From Dickeya dadantii NCPPB 898 (GTDB lineage Bacteria; Pseudomonadota; Gammaproteobacteria; Enterobacterales; Enterobacteriaceae), in NCBI RefSeq assembly GCF_000406145.1, contig NZ_CM001976.1:2801337-2833336 (forward strand): a DNA stretch of 32,000 bases, in the 5' to 3' direction. The notes beneath the pieces were generated by a model. That model did no database searches and was not told the origin of the DNA. It saw only the letters and a list, made by a program, of their open reading frames with translations. This document shows positions 10,395 to 21,555 of the stretch, piece by piece. The number at the start of each line of letters is the position of its first letter. Positions within the stretch are counted from its first letter, which is position 1. The position numbers were made by a program, and so were the translations under genes.

Positions 10395-10413
10395 AATGAA
10401 ACAATGTTTCTTT
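10395..10413 (-). promoter_or_regulatory. KdgR-type operator upstream of kdgT
   Basis: The minus strand reads AAAGAAACATTGTTTCATT. That matches 18 of 19 positions of the KdgR operator consensus as I recall it (AATRAAAYRNYRTTTYATT). kdgT is a classical KdgR regulon member. Confidence 0.6.
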
Positions 10414-10536
10414 TTTAGTGGATCACTATTTCATTTATATCGAAGTAAAGAGGATGAAATAGACCAAACCCTATCACACGAGGTGAAAATAGCGTTACGT
10501 TCGCCAGCCGTCGAGCGCCGACGAACGATCAGCTTC

Positions 10537-11232
10537 TCACTGCCCGTAGTACGCGTTCTTACCGTGCTTACGCAGATAGTGTTTATCCAGCAGCGCCGCC
10601 TGCATCGGCTCCAGCGCCGGGGTTAACTGGCGCGAGAAAATCCCCATGTAGGCGATCTCTTCCAGCACCACCGCGTTATGCACCGCGTTATGCGCGTCGG
10701 TTCCCCAGGCGAACGGGCCATGCGCATTGACCAGCACCGCCGGGATATCCTGCGGCGACAGGCCGCGCTCGCGGAAGGTGTCCACAATCACCTGCCCGGT
10801 TTCCCACTCGTAGCGGCCATTGATTTCCGCTTCGGTCATCAACCGGGTACAGGGGATCGGGCCGTAAAAATAATCGGCGTGGGTGGTGCCCCACGGCGGC
10901 AAATCTTTCCCGGCCTGCGCCCAAATGGTGGCATGCCGGGAATGGGTATGGACGATACCGCCCAGCGATGCGAAGGCCAAATACAGCGCACGGTGGGTAT
11001 CGGTGTCGGACGAGGGTTTGCGCTGCCCTTCCACCACCTGACCGTTTTCCAGATTCACTACCACCATATCCTGCACGGTCATGACGTCGTACTCCACGCC
11101 CGAGGGTTTGATCACCATCAGACCGCGTTCACGATCCACCGCGCTGACATTCCCCCAGGTGAAGGTCACCAACTGATGCCGGGGCAAAGCCAGATTGGCT
11201 TCAAGCACCTGAATTTTCAGTTCTTCCAACAT
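10537..11232 (-). CDS. araD: L-ribulose-5-phosphate 4-epimerase (class II aldolase fold)
   Basis: 231 aa, collinear with AraD/SgbE/UlaF ([51 protein letters not shown]). The start was trimmed to ATG 11232, which has AGGAGG upstream. The AraD versus SgbE/UlaF choice is not resolvable from sequence alone. Confidence 0.85.
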   Translation of the reverse strand: MLEELKIQVLEANLALPRHQLVTFTWGNVSAVDRERGLMVIKPSGVEYDVMTVQDMVVVNLENGQVVEGQRKPSSDTDTHRALYLAFASLGGIVHTHSRHATIWAQAGKDLPPWGTTHADYFYGPIPCTRLMTEAEINGRYEWETGQVIVDTFRERGLSPQDIPAVLVNAHGPFAWGTDAHNAVHNAVVLEEIAYMGIFSRQLTPALEPMQAALLDKHYLRKHGKNAYYGQ

Positions 11233-11562
11233 CGTCCGCCCTCCTGTGTGATTTGTCTTATTCTCACGTCCGGCTACCGGCGCAGGTATGGGCTGAATGG
11301 CTGAAAAGCAGGCTGCGTTCTGCTGGGACCACAAGAAAGGGATCGGACCGACACGGGCTTTTGACAAAAGATGGGCAAACACCGTCAGGGCACTGTGAAT
11401 TAAGAGTTTTTCACCTTTTACGGCCCTAGCCGGTAATTATACTGGCAGCCAGGTAACACACAGCTGGTAACGACGATGCCATAAACTGAATTCGCGTTAC
11501 GACAAGATTTCCATGCCTGCGGCTATGCGGAGTCATGGAACACGAACAACAGGAGAATAACC

Positions 11563-11778
11563 ATGCAAATCAATAAAAAATTCACAACGGCCGTGCTGGC
11601 TATGGTGATAGTTAGCACACTGGCGGGCTGCGCGGGCATGAACAAACGCCAACGTAATACCGCTATCGGCGCCGGCATCGGCGCACTCGGCGGTGCGGTG
11701 CTGACCAACGGCAGCGCGCTCGGCACCGTTGGCGGCGCGGCGGTAGGCGGCGTTATCGGTCACCAGACCACGAAATAA
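11563..11778 (+). CDS. osmB: Osmotically inducible lipoprotein B
   Basis: 71 aa with lipobox LAGC and a glycine-zipper core (NTAIGAGIGALGGAVLT...GGAAVGGVIGHQ) that closely matches E. coli OsmB. AGGAG SD is present. Confidence 0.9.
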   Translation: MQINKKFTTAVLAMVIVSTLAGCAGMNKRQRNTAIGAGIGALGGAVLTNGSALGTVGGAAVGGVIGHQTTK

Positions 11779-11817
11779 TCGCCCCCTCCCAGTGAGGTGG
11801 TTTAAGGCTGACAGTCA

Positions 11818-11848
11818 AACAGGCTCCCGAGGGAGCCTGTTCTGTTTT
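11818..11848 (+). terminator. Rho-independent terminator of osmB
   Basis: AACAGGCTCC (11818-11827) pairs with GGAGCCTGTT (11832-11841) around a 4-nt loop. CTGTTTT follows. Confidence 0.8.
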
Positions 11849-11883
11849 CACTCTTTAACCGGCATATCGCGGCGCGGTATAAC

Positions 11884-12210
11884 TTAGCCCCCGGCCAACT
11901 TGACCTTCATGCCTTTGGCTTCCAACAGTTGCTTGAGTTGATCGCGCTTGTCGCCCTGGATTTCGATCACGCCATCCTTCACCGCGCCGCCGCAGCCACA
12001 CTTCTTTTTCAGTTCCGCCGCCAGCGTTTCCAGCGCCGCGTCATCCAGATCGATGCCGGTAATCAGGCACACGCCCTTACCCTTGCGCCCGCTGGTCTGA
12101 CGTTGAATGCGTACAATACCGTCCCCTTTCGGGCGGGCCGCTTTTACCTCGGGTTCATCAATACGTCCGGTTTCGGTGGAATACACCAGACGGCTGTTGT
12201 CGTCGCGCAT
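11884..12210 (-). CDS. yciH: SUI1/eIF1-like translation factor YciH
   Basis: Near-identical over most of its length to E. coli YciH (SRLVYSTETGRIDEP...GKGVCLITG...KKKCGCGGAVKDGVIEIQGDKRD...KGMKVKLAGG). ATG 12210 overlaps the pyrF TGA by 1 nt (TGATG). GTG 12213 is an alternative start. Confidence 0.9.
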   Translation of the reverse strand: MRDDNSRLVYSTETGRIDEPEVKAARPKGDGIVRIQRQTSGRKGKGVCLITGIDLDDAALETLAAELKKKCGCGGAVKDGVIEIQGDKRDQLKQLLEAKGMKVKLAGG

Positions 12211-12968
12211 CACTGGTCCCCCAGCGAGGCCAGAATGGTTTTCAGCGTCTGGGCCGGATCGGCGGACTGCGTAATCGGACGGCCAATCACCATGTAATCC
12301 ACCCCGACCTGCTGCGCCTGTTGCGGCGTCATAATACGGCGCTGATCGCCCGCGTCGCTGCCCGCCGGGCGAATCCCCGGCGTTACCAGACGAAAATCCG
12401 CGCCGCAGGCCTGCTTCAGCCGTACCGCTTCATGGGCGGAACAAACCACGCCGTCCAGACCGCATTGTTGCGCCAGCCGCGCCAGTTTCTCCGCCTGTTC
12501 CGCGGGCGACAGGGTAATCCCCAGTCCTTGCAGATCCGCCTCATCCATACTGGTCAGCACCGTCACCGCAATCAGCAACGGCGCGTTGCTGCCGAACGGC
12601 GTCAGCGCTTCACGCGCCGCCGTCATCATGCGTGCGCCGCCGCTGGCGTGTACATTAACCATCCACACCCCCAGCTCCGCGGCGGCGGCGACAGCTCTGG
12701 CCGTGGTGTTGGGAATATCGTGAAACTTGAGATCGAGAAATACCTCAAAGCCGCGTTGTTGCAGGTCTTTAACCAGTTGCGGCCCAAACAGCGTGAACAT
12801 CTCTTTGCCGACCTTCAGCCGGCAGTCTTGCGGGTCGATGCGATCGACAAAGTCATAAGCCGCACGCTGATCGGCGTAATCCAGCGCGACAATAATCGGA
12901 GAACCGGTAACCGTGGTATTCGAAGAGGTGTTTGAGCCGTTCACTGGTATGATCCCGTCGTTAAGCAT
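12210..12968 (-). CDS. pyrF: Orotidine 5'-phosphate decarboxylase
   Basis: 252 aa, collinear with E. coli PyrF ([63 protein letters not shown]). Confidence 0.95.
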   Translation of the reverse strand: MLNDGIIPVNGSNTSSNTTVTGSPIIVALDYADQRAAYDFVDRIDPQDCRLKVGKEMFTLFGPQLVKDLQQRGFEVFLDLKFHDIPNTTARAVAAAAELGVWMVNVHASGGARMMTAAREALTPFGSNAPLLIAVTVLTSMDEADLQGLGITLSPAEQAEKLARLAQQCGLDGVVCSAHEAVRLKQACGADFRLVTPGIRPAGSDAGDQRRIMTPQQAQQVGVDYMVIGRPITQSADPAQTLKTILASLGDQ

Positions 12969-12995
12969 GAGTGAGTAACATCATTTCCGCCGCGC

Positions 12996-13025
12996 ATTCT
13001 ACCCGCCCCTGCTGGTAAATGCCAA
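12996..13025 (-). promoter_or_regulatory. Candidate sigma70 promoter for pyrF-yciH
   Basis: The minus strand has TTGGCA (13025-13020), an 18-nt spacer and TAGAAT (13001-12996). The -10 element ends about 27 nt upstream of the pyrF ATG. Confidence 0.35.
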
Positions 13026-13121
13026 ACCGCGCGATAGCCTGACCGGTACGCAGGGCGGCAAGCCCTTTAGTATGTTGTAACTAAAAAACCAGACAATAAA
13101 CCACGACGCATAACGGGGAAC

Positions 13122-14291
13122 TTATTCCCCGTCCAATCCCCGGATGGGTTTTACGCTGGCCCAGGTGCGACAGGAAGGGCAATGCCAGTAGAGCGACTGC
13201 GAGGTGAAGCCGCATTTGTGGCAGCGATAACGAGGTTTGGCCTGAATCTGCTCGCCAACCATGTTGCGCAGCACCAGCAGGCTTTCCTTGGCGCGGCCAT
13301 CTTCCGCTTCACGCAGGTGGTAATCGATCAACCGATGGAACACCCGCATGGTGGGATAACGCTGCAACTGGCGGGTGACGTAAGTCTGAGCCGACTCCGT
13401 GCTTTCATACTGTTCCAGCACGTCCGCCATCATCAGGTCCGCGGTGGAACCGCTTTTCTCTTCAACGCAACGGCGCAGAAACGCCGCCCAGTTCTCCGGC
13501 TGCTGCAGGTGACGATAGCATTCCTGCAGCATTGGCAGCGTTTCACTGACCAACTCCATATCCTGTTGCAGAACCTGCTCCAGCACGGCAACCGCCTGAG
13601 CATAATTTTGCTGCGCCATATAGATGCGCCCCAGCATGATAGACACGCGAGCGCATTGGTTATCCGCGGCGGACGCCTTTTTCAGCATCGTCATCGCTTT
13701 GTCGAGATCATCGCTGCCCATCGCCTGTAGCGACTGCTCGCAATAGAAATGGGCGATTTCGCTGCGCAACTGCGTTTTGCCCAGCTTGACCAGTTTTTCG
13801 GCGGTGTCGATGGCGTTCGGCCAGTCGCTGGTGGACTGATGAATCTGCAGCAGTTGCTGCAACGCGCTGACGCGAAAATCTTCTTCATCCACCAGTTGCT
13901 TGAAGATCTCTTCGGCGCGGTCGTACAGCCCGGCCACCATGTAGTCGCGCCCCAGTTGCTGCACCGCCAGCAGTCGCTGTTCAAAACTGAGAGAAGCGCT
14001 TTCGGTCAATGCCTGATGGATGCGGATGGCGCGATCCACCTCGCCGCGCGAGCGAAACAGATTGCCGAGAGTCAGGTGAGCTTCGAAGGTATTGCTGTCG
14101 TCTTTGAGCATGTCGAGGAACAGCTCAACGGCCTTATCCTGCTGGTTGGACAACAGAAAGTTCACCCCGGTGACGTATTCGCGCGACAAGCGGTTGGTTT
14201 CGTCCTGTTTGTCCTGCTGTGCACTCCTGCGCCCCATATACCAGCCATAGGCGGCGGCAACCGGCAGCAACAGAAACAGCAGTTCTAGCAT
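13122..14291 (-). CDS. lapB: Lipopolysaccharide assembly protein B (TPR plus rubredoxin-type zinc finger)
   Basis: 389 aa. The N-terminus MLELLFLLLPVAAAYGWYMGRRSAQQ and the C-terminal CHKCGF...WHCPSC match E. coli LapB/YciM. Confidence 0.95.
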   Translation of the reverse strand: MLELLFLLLPVAAAYGWYMGRRSAQQDKQDETNRLSREYVTGVNFLLSNQQDKAVELFLDMLKDDSNTFEAHLTLGNLFRSRGEVDRAIRIHQALTESASLSFEQRLLAVQQLGRDYMVAGLYDRAEEIFKQLVDEEDFRVSALQQLLQIHQSTSDWPNAIDTAEKLVKLGKTQLRSEIAHFYCEQSLQAMGSDDLDKAMTMLKKASAADNQCARVSIMLGRIYMAQQNYAQAVAVLEQVLQQDMELVSETLPMLQECYRHLQQPENWAAFLRRCVEEKSGSTADLMMADVLEQYESTESAQTYVTRQLQRYPTMRVFHRLIDYHLREAEDGRAKESLLVLRNMVGEQIQAKPRYRCHKCGFTSQSLYWHCPSCRTWASVKPIRGLDGE

Positions 14292-14302
14292 GGAAGCGAT
14301 CC

Positions 14303-14608
14303 TTAGTGGGTTGACTCAGCGGAGGGGGCGCTGCTGGCGCTCTCCGGGGCAGGCAGTTGCTGCTCAAGACGTTTGATTTTACGTTGTTCGCGCCCCAGCG
14401 CAATGCGCAGACGCAGATAAAACAGACCGCAGATCACCCAGCCGAGCGCAAAACCGGCGGCGAACAGCGTCGCCAGCAACGTCGACAACCGGTATTCTCC
14501 CTGCGCCAGCAGATAGTTGAAGGTAATAACCTGATCGTTATGCGCTCCCAGCGTGATCGATACGATGAATACCGCCAGCACCAGAAAAAAAATCAGCATA
14601 TATTTCAC
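14303..14608 (-). CDS. lapA: Lipopolysaccharide assembly protein A
   Basis: 101 aa; MKYMLIFFLVLAVFIVSITLGAHNDQVITFNYLLAQGEYR matches E. coli LapA/YciS. It lies immediately upstream of lapB, as in E. coli. Confidence 0.9.
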   Translation of the reverse strand: MKYMLIFFLVLAVFIVSITLGAHNDQVITFNYLLAQGEYRLSTLLATLFAAGFALGWVICGLFYLRLRIALGREQRKIKRLEQQLPAPESASSAPSAESTH

Positions 14609-14868
14609 GTTCGCTTCCTGTGATATCGCCTTAAACGGATGAATTATGCCAAATTTCGGCAGTGAACCCTATTAACTTAACATTTCCTCACCGGGTGGGG
14701 AACGCTAACGGGAATAGCGGAGGGAAAAACGGATGACGACGCACGGCTACCGATGTCCAGGACCAAGATGCAGGGCCGATATGCATAACCGATATACAGA
14801 ATCGACGTACAGAAGGATGCCCGACAAACGGCGACATCCTTCTGACCGACGAACCTGACCCTGACCGG

Positions 14869-15639
14869 TCAGGCGTCCGGGCGTGCAGGCTGACGATAGG
14901 TTGCGTTTCGCGGTACAGCATCAGTGAGCAACGGACCACACCAGCGCTGTGCCAGCCACACGGCAATCACCGCCAGCCCGGCGCTAATCAGGGTGGCGGT
15001 CGCCACATCCTGCGGCCAGTGCATCCCCAGCAGCAGACGGCTGCCGATAACGCTGTTCGCCCATAAAATAGTTAACAAAACCGTCACATAATGGCGTCGG
15101 GTCCACAGCAATCCTACCGCCAGCAGCGCCCAGGTGGCGGCAAACATGGCATGACCGGACGGGAAAGAATAGTCAGCCTGTTCCTGCCAGTGCTGACGCT
15201 GCCACGACGGCAGTTGTGATTCCTGCTGCAATTGATGTTCCAGCAAGCTGGCGCGCGCGCTGGCCGGCAGCGAGTAAAAATAGCGGTCATCCACCAGGTG
15301 CGCCTGTTCCAGCCAGACCACGAACGGCCGCGCTTCCTGCGTCCAGTTTTTCATGACCGATTTAACGCCCTGCCCCAGCACCACGCTGGCGAGCAGTATC
15401 GTCACCAGCACCACCGCCGGGCGAATACGCACGCGCAGCAACCATAAAAACCAGACCGACAGCACCACACTGGTCAGGATTCCCCACGGCGCCGACACGG
15501 TTTCCGTCATCCAGAACAAGGGCTTAAGCCACCATCCCGTCACGCTCGGTTGCCATTGCCATCCCGTCGTCCAAACCAATACGGGCAACACCATCAATGA
15601 TATTGTGCCAATCAGAATGCGTCTGACCAGGTCGTGCAT
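14869..15639 (-). CDS. pgpB: Phosphatidylglycerophosphatase B (PAP2 family)
   Basis: 256 aa, collinear with E. coli PgpB. PAP2 motifs are present (SFPSGHAMFAATWALLAVGLLW, GSRLLLGMHWPQDV). Confidence 0.9.
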   Translation of the reverse strand: MHDLVRRILIGTISLMVLPVLVWTTGWQWQPSVTGWWLKPLFWMTETVSAPWGILTSVVLSVWFLWLLRVRIRPAVVLVTILLASVVLGQGVKSVMKNWTQEARPFVVWLEQAHLVDDRYFYSLPASARASLLEHQLQQESQLPSWQRQHWQEQADYSFPSGHAMFAATWALLAVGLLWTRRHYVTVLLTILWANSVIGSRLLLGMHWPQDVATATLISAGLAVIAVWLAQRWCGPLLTDAVPRNATYRQPARPDA

Positions 15640-15895
15640 TATTTCTCCCTATAATTCAGCAGGATATTAGAACAAAATTTTCACAATTTTATCAAAAAAG
15701 GGGGCGCCAGTTGTCAGTATGACGTAAAATACTTGTCAGTTATGTCAACGACACCACGATTATCCCGAGTCATTCAGCCACCGATTAGAGAAACGGTTTA
15801 TCACCCCGCTGCCGGGGTTATAGTCCGGTGGCGTCTATACGTGATTCCCTTCCAGTGCGGAGCGGGAATTCATCATTTATGCGTTGGAGATTAAC

Positions 15896-16489
15896 ATGCA
15901 GCTAAAACGGGTGGCGGAAGCCAAACTACCCACCCCGTGGGGCGATTTCCTGATGGTAGGATTTGAGGAAACGGCGACCGGGCGCGATCACCTGGCGTTG
16001 GTTTATGGCGATATTTCCAGTCCCGAACCGGTACTGGCCAGAGTGCATTCTGAATGTCTGACCGGGGATGCACTGTTTAGCCTGCGTTGTGATTGCGGTT
16101 TTCAGCTGGAAGCGGCCCTGAATCACATTGCCGAAGAAGGGCGCGGCGTACTGCTGTATCACCGTCAGGAAGGGCGCAACATTGGGCTGTTGAACAAGAT
16201 CCGGGCTTATGCCTTGCAGGATCAGGGCGCCGACACGGTGGAAGCCAACCATCAACTGGGCTTCGCCGCCGACGAGCGTGATTTCACGCTGTGCGCCGAC
16301 ATGTTCAAGTTATTGAACGTGGAAGCGGTTCGCCTGCTCACCAATAACCCGAAAAAAGTCGCTATTCTGAGCGAAGCGGGTATCAACATCGTAGAACGCG
16401 TGCCGCTGATTGTCGGCCGCAATCCGAAAAACGAACACTATCTGGCGACTAAAGCGGCCAAGATGGGCCACCTGCTGGACACCAAATAA
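15896..16489 (+). CDS. ribA: GTP cyclohydrolase II
   Basis: [25 protein letters not shown] and the rest are near-collinear with E. coli RibA (197 aa). The track start TTG 15884 was trimmed to ATG 15896, which has GGAG 6 nt upstream. Confidence 0.95.
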   Translation: MQLKRVAEAKLPTPWGDFLMVGFEETATGRDHLALVYGDISSPEPVLARVHSECLTGDALFSLRCDCGFQLEAALNHIAEEGRGVLLYHRQEGRNIGLLNKIRAYALQDQGADTVEANHQLGFAADERDFTLCADMFKLLNVEAVRLLTNNPKKVAILSEAGINIVERVPLIVGRNPKNEHYLATKAAKMGHLLDTK

Positions 16490-16498
16490 GCGACATCT

Positions 16499-16522
16499 CG
16501 CCAGGCGGTCACCCGCCTGGCG
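16499..16522. terminator. Bidirectional hairpin between convergent ribA and the binding-protein gene
   Basis: A perfect 10-bp stem: CGCCAGGCGG (16499-16508) pairs with CCGCCTGGCG (16513-16522) around loop TCAC. There is no strong T-tract on either side. Confidence 0.55.
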
Positions 16523-16530
16523 TGTCATCA

Positions 16531-18150
16531 TCAATGCTTGATGATATAGATATCCTTACTGTAGTAATCCCCTTTCAGATCGGGTTTAAACCCGCCCACA
16601 TACGGCTTCACCATCTGGCTGCGCACGTAGTAGTAAATCGGGATCAGCGGCATCTGCTGTTGCAGGATAGTCTCCGCCTGATGATAGAGCGTGCTGCGTT
16701 CGTCCAGCGAAGAGGCTTTCACCGCCTTGTCCAGCACCTCGTCATAGGCTTTATCGTTGAATTTACCGGTATTGTTGCTGTCGTTGGCGCGCAACGTATC
16801 GAAATAGGTGGACGGTTCGTTATAGTCGGCGCCCCAGGAGTTTCTCACCACCTCAAAGTTGCCGGTGCGTGATGTATCCAGCAGGGTCTTCCATTCCTGA
16901 TTCAGCAACGTGGCTTCCGCCCCGAGATTCTGTTTCCACATTGACGCGGCGGCGATGGCGATTTTTTGATGCGATTCTGAGGTGTTGTACAACAACTCGA
17001 ATTTCAGCGGATGGCTTTGATCGTAGCCAGCTTCCTTCAGCAGTTTTTTGGCTTCGGCATTGCGCTGCTGCTGCGTCCAGCCCGCCCATTCCGGCTGATT
17101 GCTGGTATAACCGGCCATGCCGCGCGGCACATAGTTATACGCCGGTACCTGCCCCTGCCCCAGCACTTTCTCGGCAATCACGCTCTTATCCAGCGCCAGA
17201 TCCAGCGCACGTCTGACTCGTGGGTCGTTGAACGGCGGTTTCTGGGTATTGAATCGATAGATATACGTCGAGAGGTACGGTGTGACTTTTACTTCGTTCG
17301 GCAGTTCTTCTTTCAGGGATTTGAACAACTGATTGGGCATGGTGTACGTTGCGTCCACTTCACCGGCTTTATAGCGGTTCACTTCGGCGGTGTTGGAGAC
17401 AATCGCCAGATAGGTCACTTTGTTCAGCACCGTGTGGGCGTTATCCCAATAGTTAGCGTTACGTTTGGCGGTGATACGCTCGTTGACCACCCAGTCGGTG
17501 GGAATAAACGGGCCGCTGCCGACAAAATTGGCGGTCTGGGTCCACTTGTCGCCGAATTTCTCAATCGCGGCTTTAGGCACGGCGACCATCACATAGTGGT
17601 CCACCATCGGCAGGAAATAGGACAGCGGTTGCTCCAGCGTGACCTGTACCGTCTGTTTATCCAGCGCCTTGATGCCCAGCTCCTGCGGGCTTTTCTTACC
17701 GGCGATGATGTCGCCGGCGTTCAGCACATGCATACTGCCGACATACGTTTGGTACGGCGACAGGGTTTTAGGGTCCACCAGCCGCTGCCAACTGAACACC
17801 ACATCATCGGCGGTAATCGGGCTACCGTCAGACCATTTCAGCCCCGGACGCAGATGGAAGGTCCAGACCTGGTTATCTTTATTTTCCCAGCGATCCGCCA
17901 GGCCTGGCACCACGGTGCCGTCATCGCGCACCGACACCAGCTTTGCGAAAAAATCGTGGATAAGGTTGCCTTCTACGTCACTTTCCACTTTATGCGGGTC
18001 CAGCGACGCTGGCTCGGAACCGTTGGCGCGCACCAGTTCCTGTTTATCCGCCAGTTGTACGCCGGCAGGCACCTCGGCCGCCTGTACCGAAACCGCAGTA
18101 AGACTCAATGCACCCAGTATCGATGCCAGCCAACCCTTGTCTATCGTCAT
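16531..18150 (-). CDS. Periplasmic oligopeptide/murein-peptide binding protein, OppA/MppA family (ABC substrate-binding protein family 5)
   Basis: 539 aa with a signal peptide (…AVSVQA|AEVP). It is collinear with E. coli OppA/MppA (EPASLDPHK, SWQRLVDPKT, YNTSESHQKIAIAAASMWKQNLG, NQEWKT, DYNEPST, ends YIIKH). GGAG lies 8 nt upstream. Confidence 0.85.
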   Translation of the reverse strand: MTIDKGWLASILGALSLTAVSVQAAEVPAGVQLADKQELVRANGSEPASLDPHKVESDVEGNLIHDFFAKLVSVRDDGTVVPGLADRWENKDNQVWTFHLRPGLKWSDGSPITADDVVFSWQRLVDPKTLSPYQTYVGSMHVLNAGDIIAGKKSPQELGIKALDKQTVQVTLEQPLSYFLPMVDHYVMVAVPKAAIEKFGDKWTQTANFVGSGPFIPTDWVVNERITAKRNANYWDNAHTVLNKVTYLAIVSNTAEVNRYKAGEVDATYTMPNQLFKSLKEELPNEVKVTPYLSTYIYRFNTQKPPFNDPRVRRALDLALDKSVIAEKVLGQGQVPAYNYVPRGMAGYTSNQPEWAGWTQQQRNAEAKKLLKEAGYDQSHPLKFELLYNTSESHQKIAIAAASMWKQNLGAEATLLNQEWKTLLDTSRTGNFEVVRNSWGADYNEPSTYFDTLRANDSNNTGKFNDKAYDEVLDKAVKASSLDERSTLYHQAETILQQQMPLIPIYYYVRSQMVKPYVGGFKPDLKGDYYSKDIYIIKH

Positions 18151-18273
18151 TCCATGTGCTCCTCTATAATTTTATTTTATGGATCATGGCATTAAGCCAT
18201 TATTCACTAATACTGCATCTGTACGATCAGCACAAGAGGACACGGCACAATTCCCCCCGCACCGCCACAATGG

Positions 18274-18303
18274 CAAAAAATCAGCCTCCGGATGGAGGCT
18301 GAT
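18274..18303 (-). terminator. Rho-independent terminator of acnA
   Basis: The minus strand reads ATCAGCCTCC-ATCC-GGAGGCTGAT (18303-18280), followed by TTTTTT (18279-18274). Confidence 0.85.
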
Positions 18304-18350
18304 AGCAGGCAGAAGGCAGGGTAACCGTTCAGGTGTCTGGCGTGTGGCGC

Positions 18351-21029
<2,679 letters not shown>

Positions 21030-21410
21030 GATTTCTCCCCGGCAGGCAATCTGCCCGGCGGACTCACGTCAGTGAACGCCACGCAGACATAGCTGCAACA
21101 TGATCTGATGGCTAAAAACCATCGGTGTGGCATCGCCTTACGGCGATAGGTAATGCTTATTTAAAGATAACACAAACTATGATTAACGCATTTGCAACAT
21201 ACCGGATAGCAAGATAAGCCACAGGCGAGGGTGAATATTCCCGCTATGCAACCGATAACAACAGAAAGGAGACAGTTTGCCTTTGGACAAGGATGTCGGG
21301 AGAAAGCGATGGTCCGGCAGCACATTGATTTCACAGCACTCTATATCTTGCGATGCCGCGCACAGCCAGCCTTACTGATTTATAGCAATATGATTTACAC
21401 GATCATGTGA

Positions 21411-21517
21411 AAACGTTTACCGTTGTTAAAACTTTTACCATAGTTAAACTTTTTACCGTAGTTAAGCTTTTACCGTAGTTACACTTTTTATCGTAGTTAA
21501 CACTGTTACCTGACACT
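21411..21517. repeat. Tandem array of five 17-18 bp units plus one degenerate unit (consensus about AACTTTTTACCGTAGTTA)
   Basis: The head-to-tail copies are: 21411 AAACGTTTACCGTTGTTA, 21429 AAACTTTTACCATAGTTA, 21447 AACTTTTTACCGTAGTTA, 21465 AGCTTTTACCGTAGTTA, 21482 CACTTTTTATCGTAGTTA and 21500 ACACTGTTACCTGACACT (degenerate). Confidence 0.9.
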
Positions 21518-21555
21518 GCGGCTCACCGCGAAGGCGTTTACTGAAGGAATGGCGA

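Noticed and set aside
10111-10404. 97-aa minus-strand ORF covering the kdgT leader and the first codons of kdgT
   Set aside because: It starts within the KdgR operator region without an SD, is out of frame with kdgT and is Trp/Ser/Arg-rich with no homology. The short SD-preceded uORF is the more credible coding element in this leader.
11503-11514. Possible RcsB box (CAAGATTTCCAT) upstream of osmB
   Set aside because: I cannot recall the RcsB box consensus precisely enough to score it, and the match is short. It is left uncalled.
14688-14966. 92-aa minus-strand ORF bridging the pgpB 3' end and the pgpB-lapA intergenic region
   Set aside because: It overlaps pgpB out of frame, has no SD and no homology. 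The intergenic part more plausibly holds the pgpB terminator hairpin (14810-14844) and the lapAB promoters.
17011-18195. 394-aa and 176-aa plus-strand ORFs overlapping the OppA/MppA-like gene
   Set aside because: They are antisense to a gene with full-length family-5 binding-protein homology and a proper signal peptide. There is no homology or SD for the antisense frames.
21246-21410. 54-codon ORF (MQPITTERRQFAFGQG…) ending immediately before the tandem repeat array
   Set aside because: It has no SD upstream, no recognisable homology and unremarkable composition. It lies in the acnA promoter/leader region and is probably random. It would be worth revisiting only if conserved in relatives.
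21411-21517. Whether the tandem repeats could be a CRISPR array
   Set aside because: The units are contiguous with no unique spacers, are only 17-18 bp long, and no cas genes are present.
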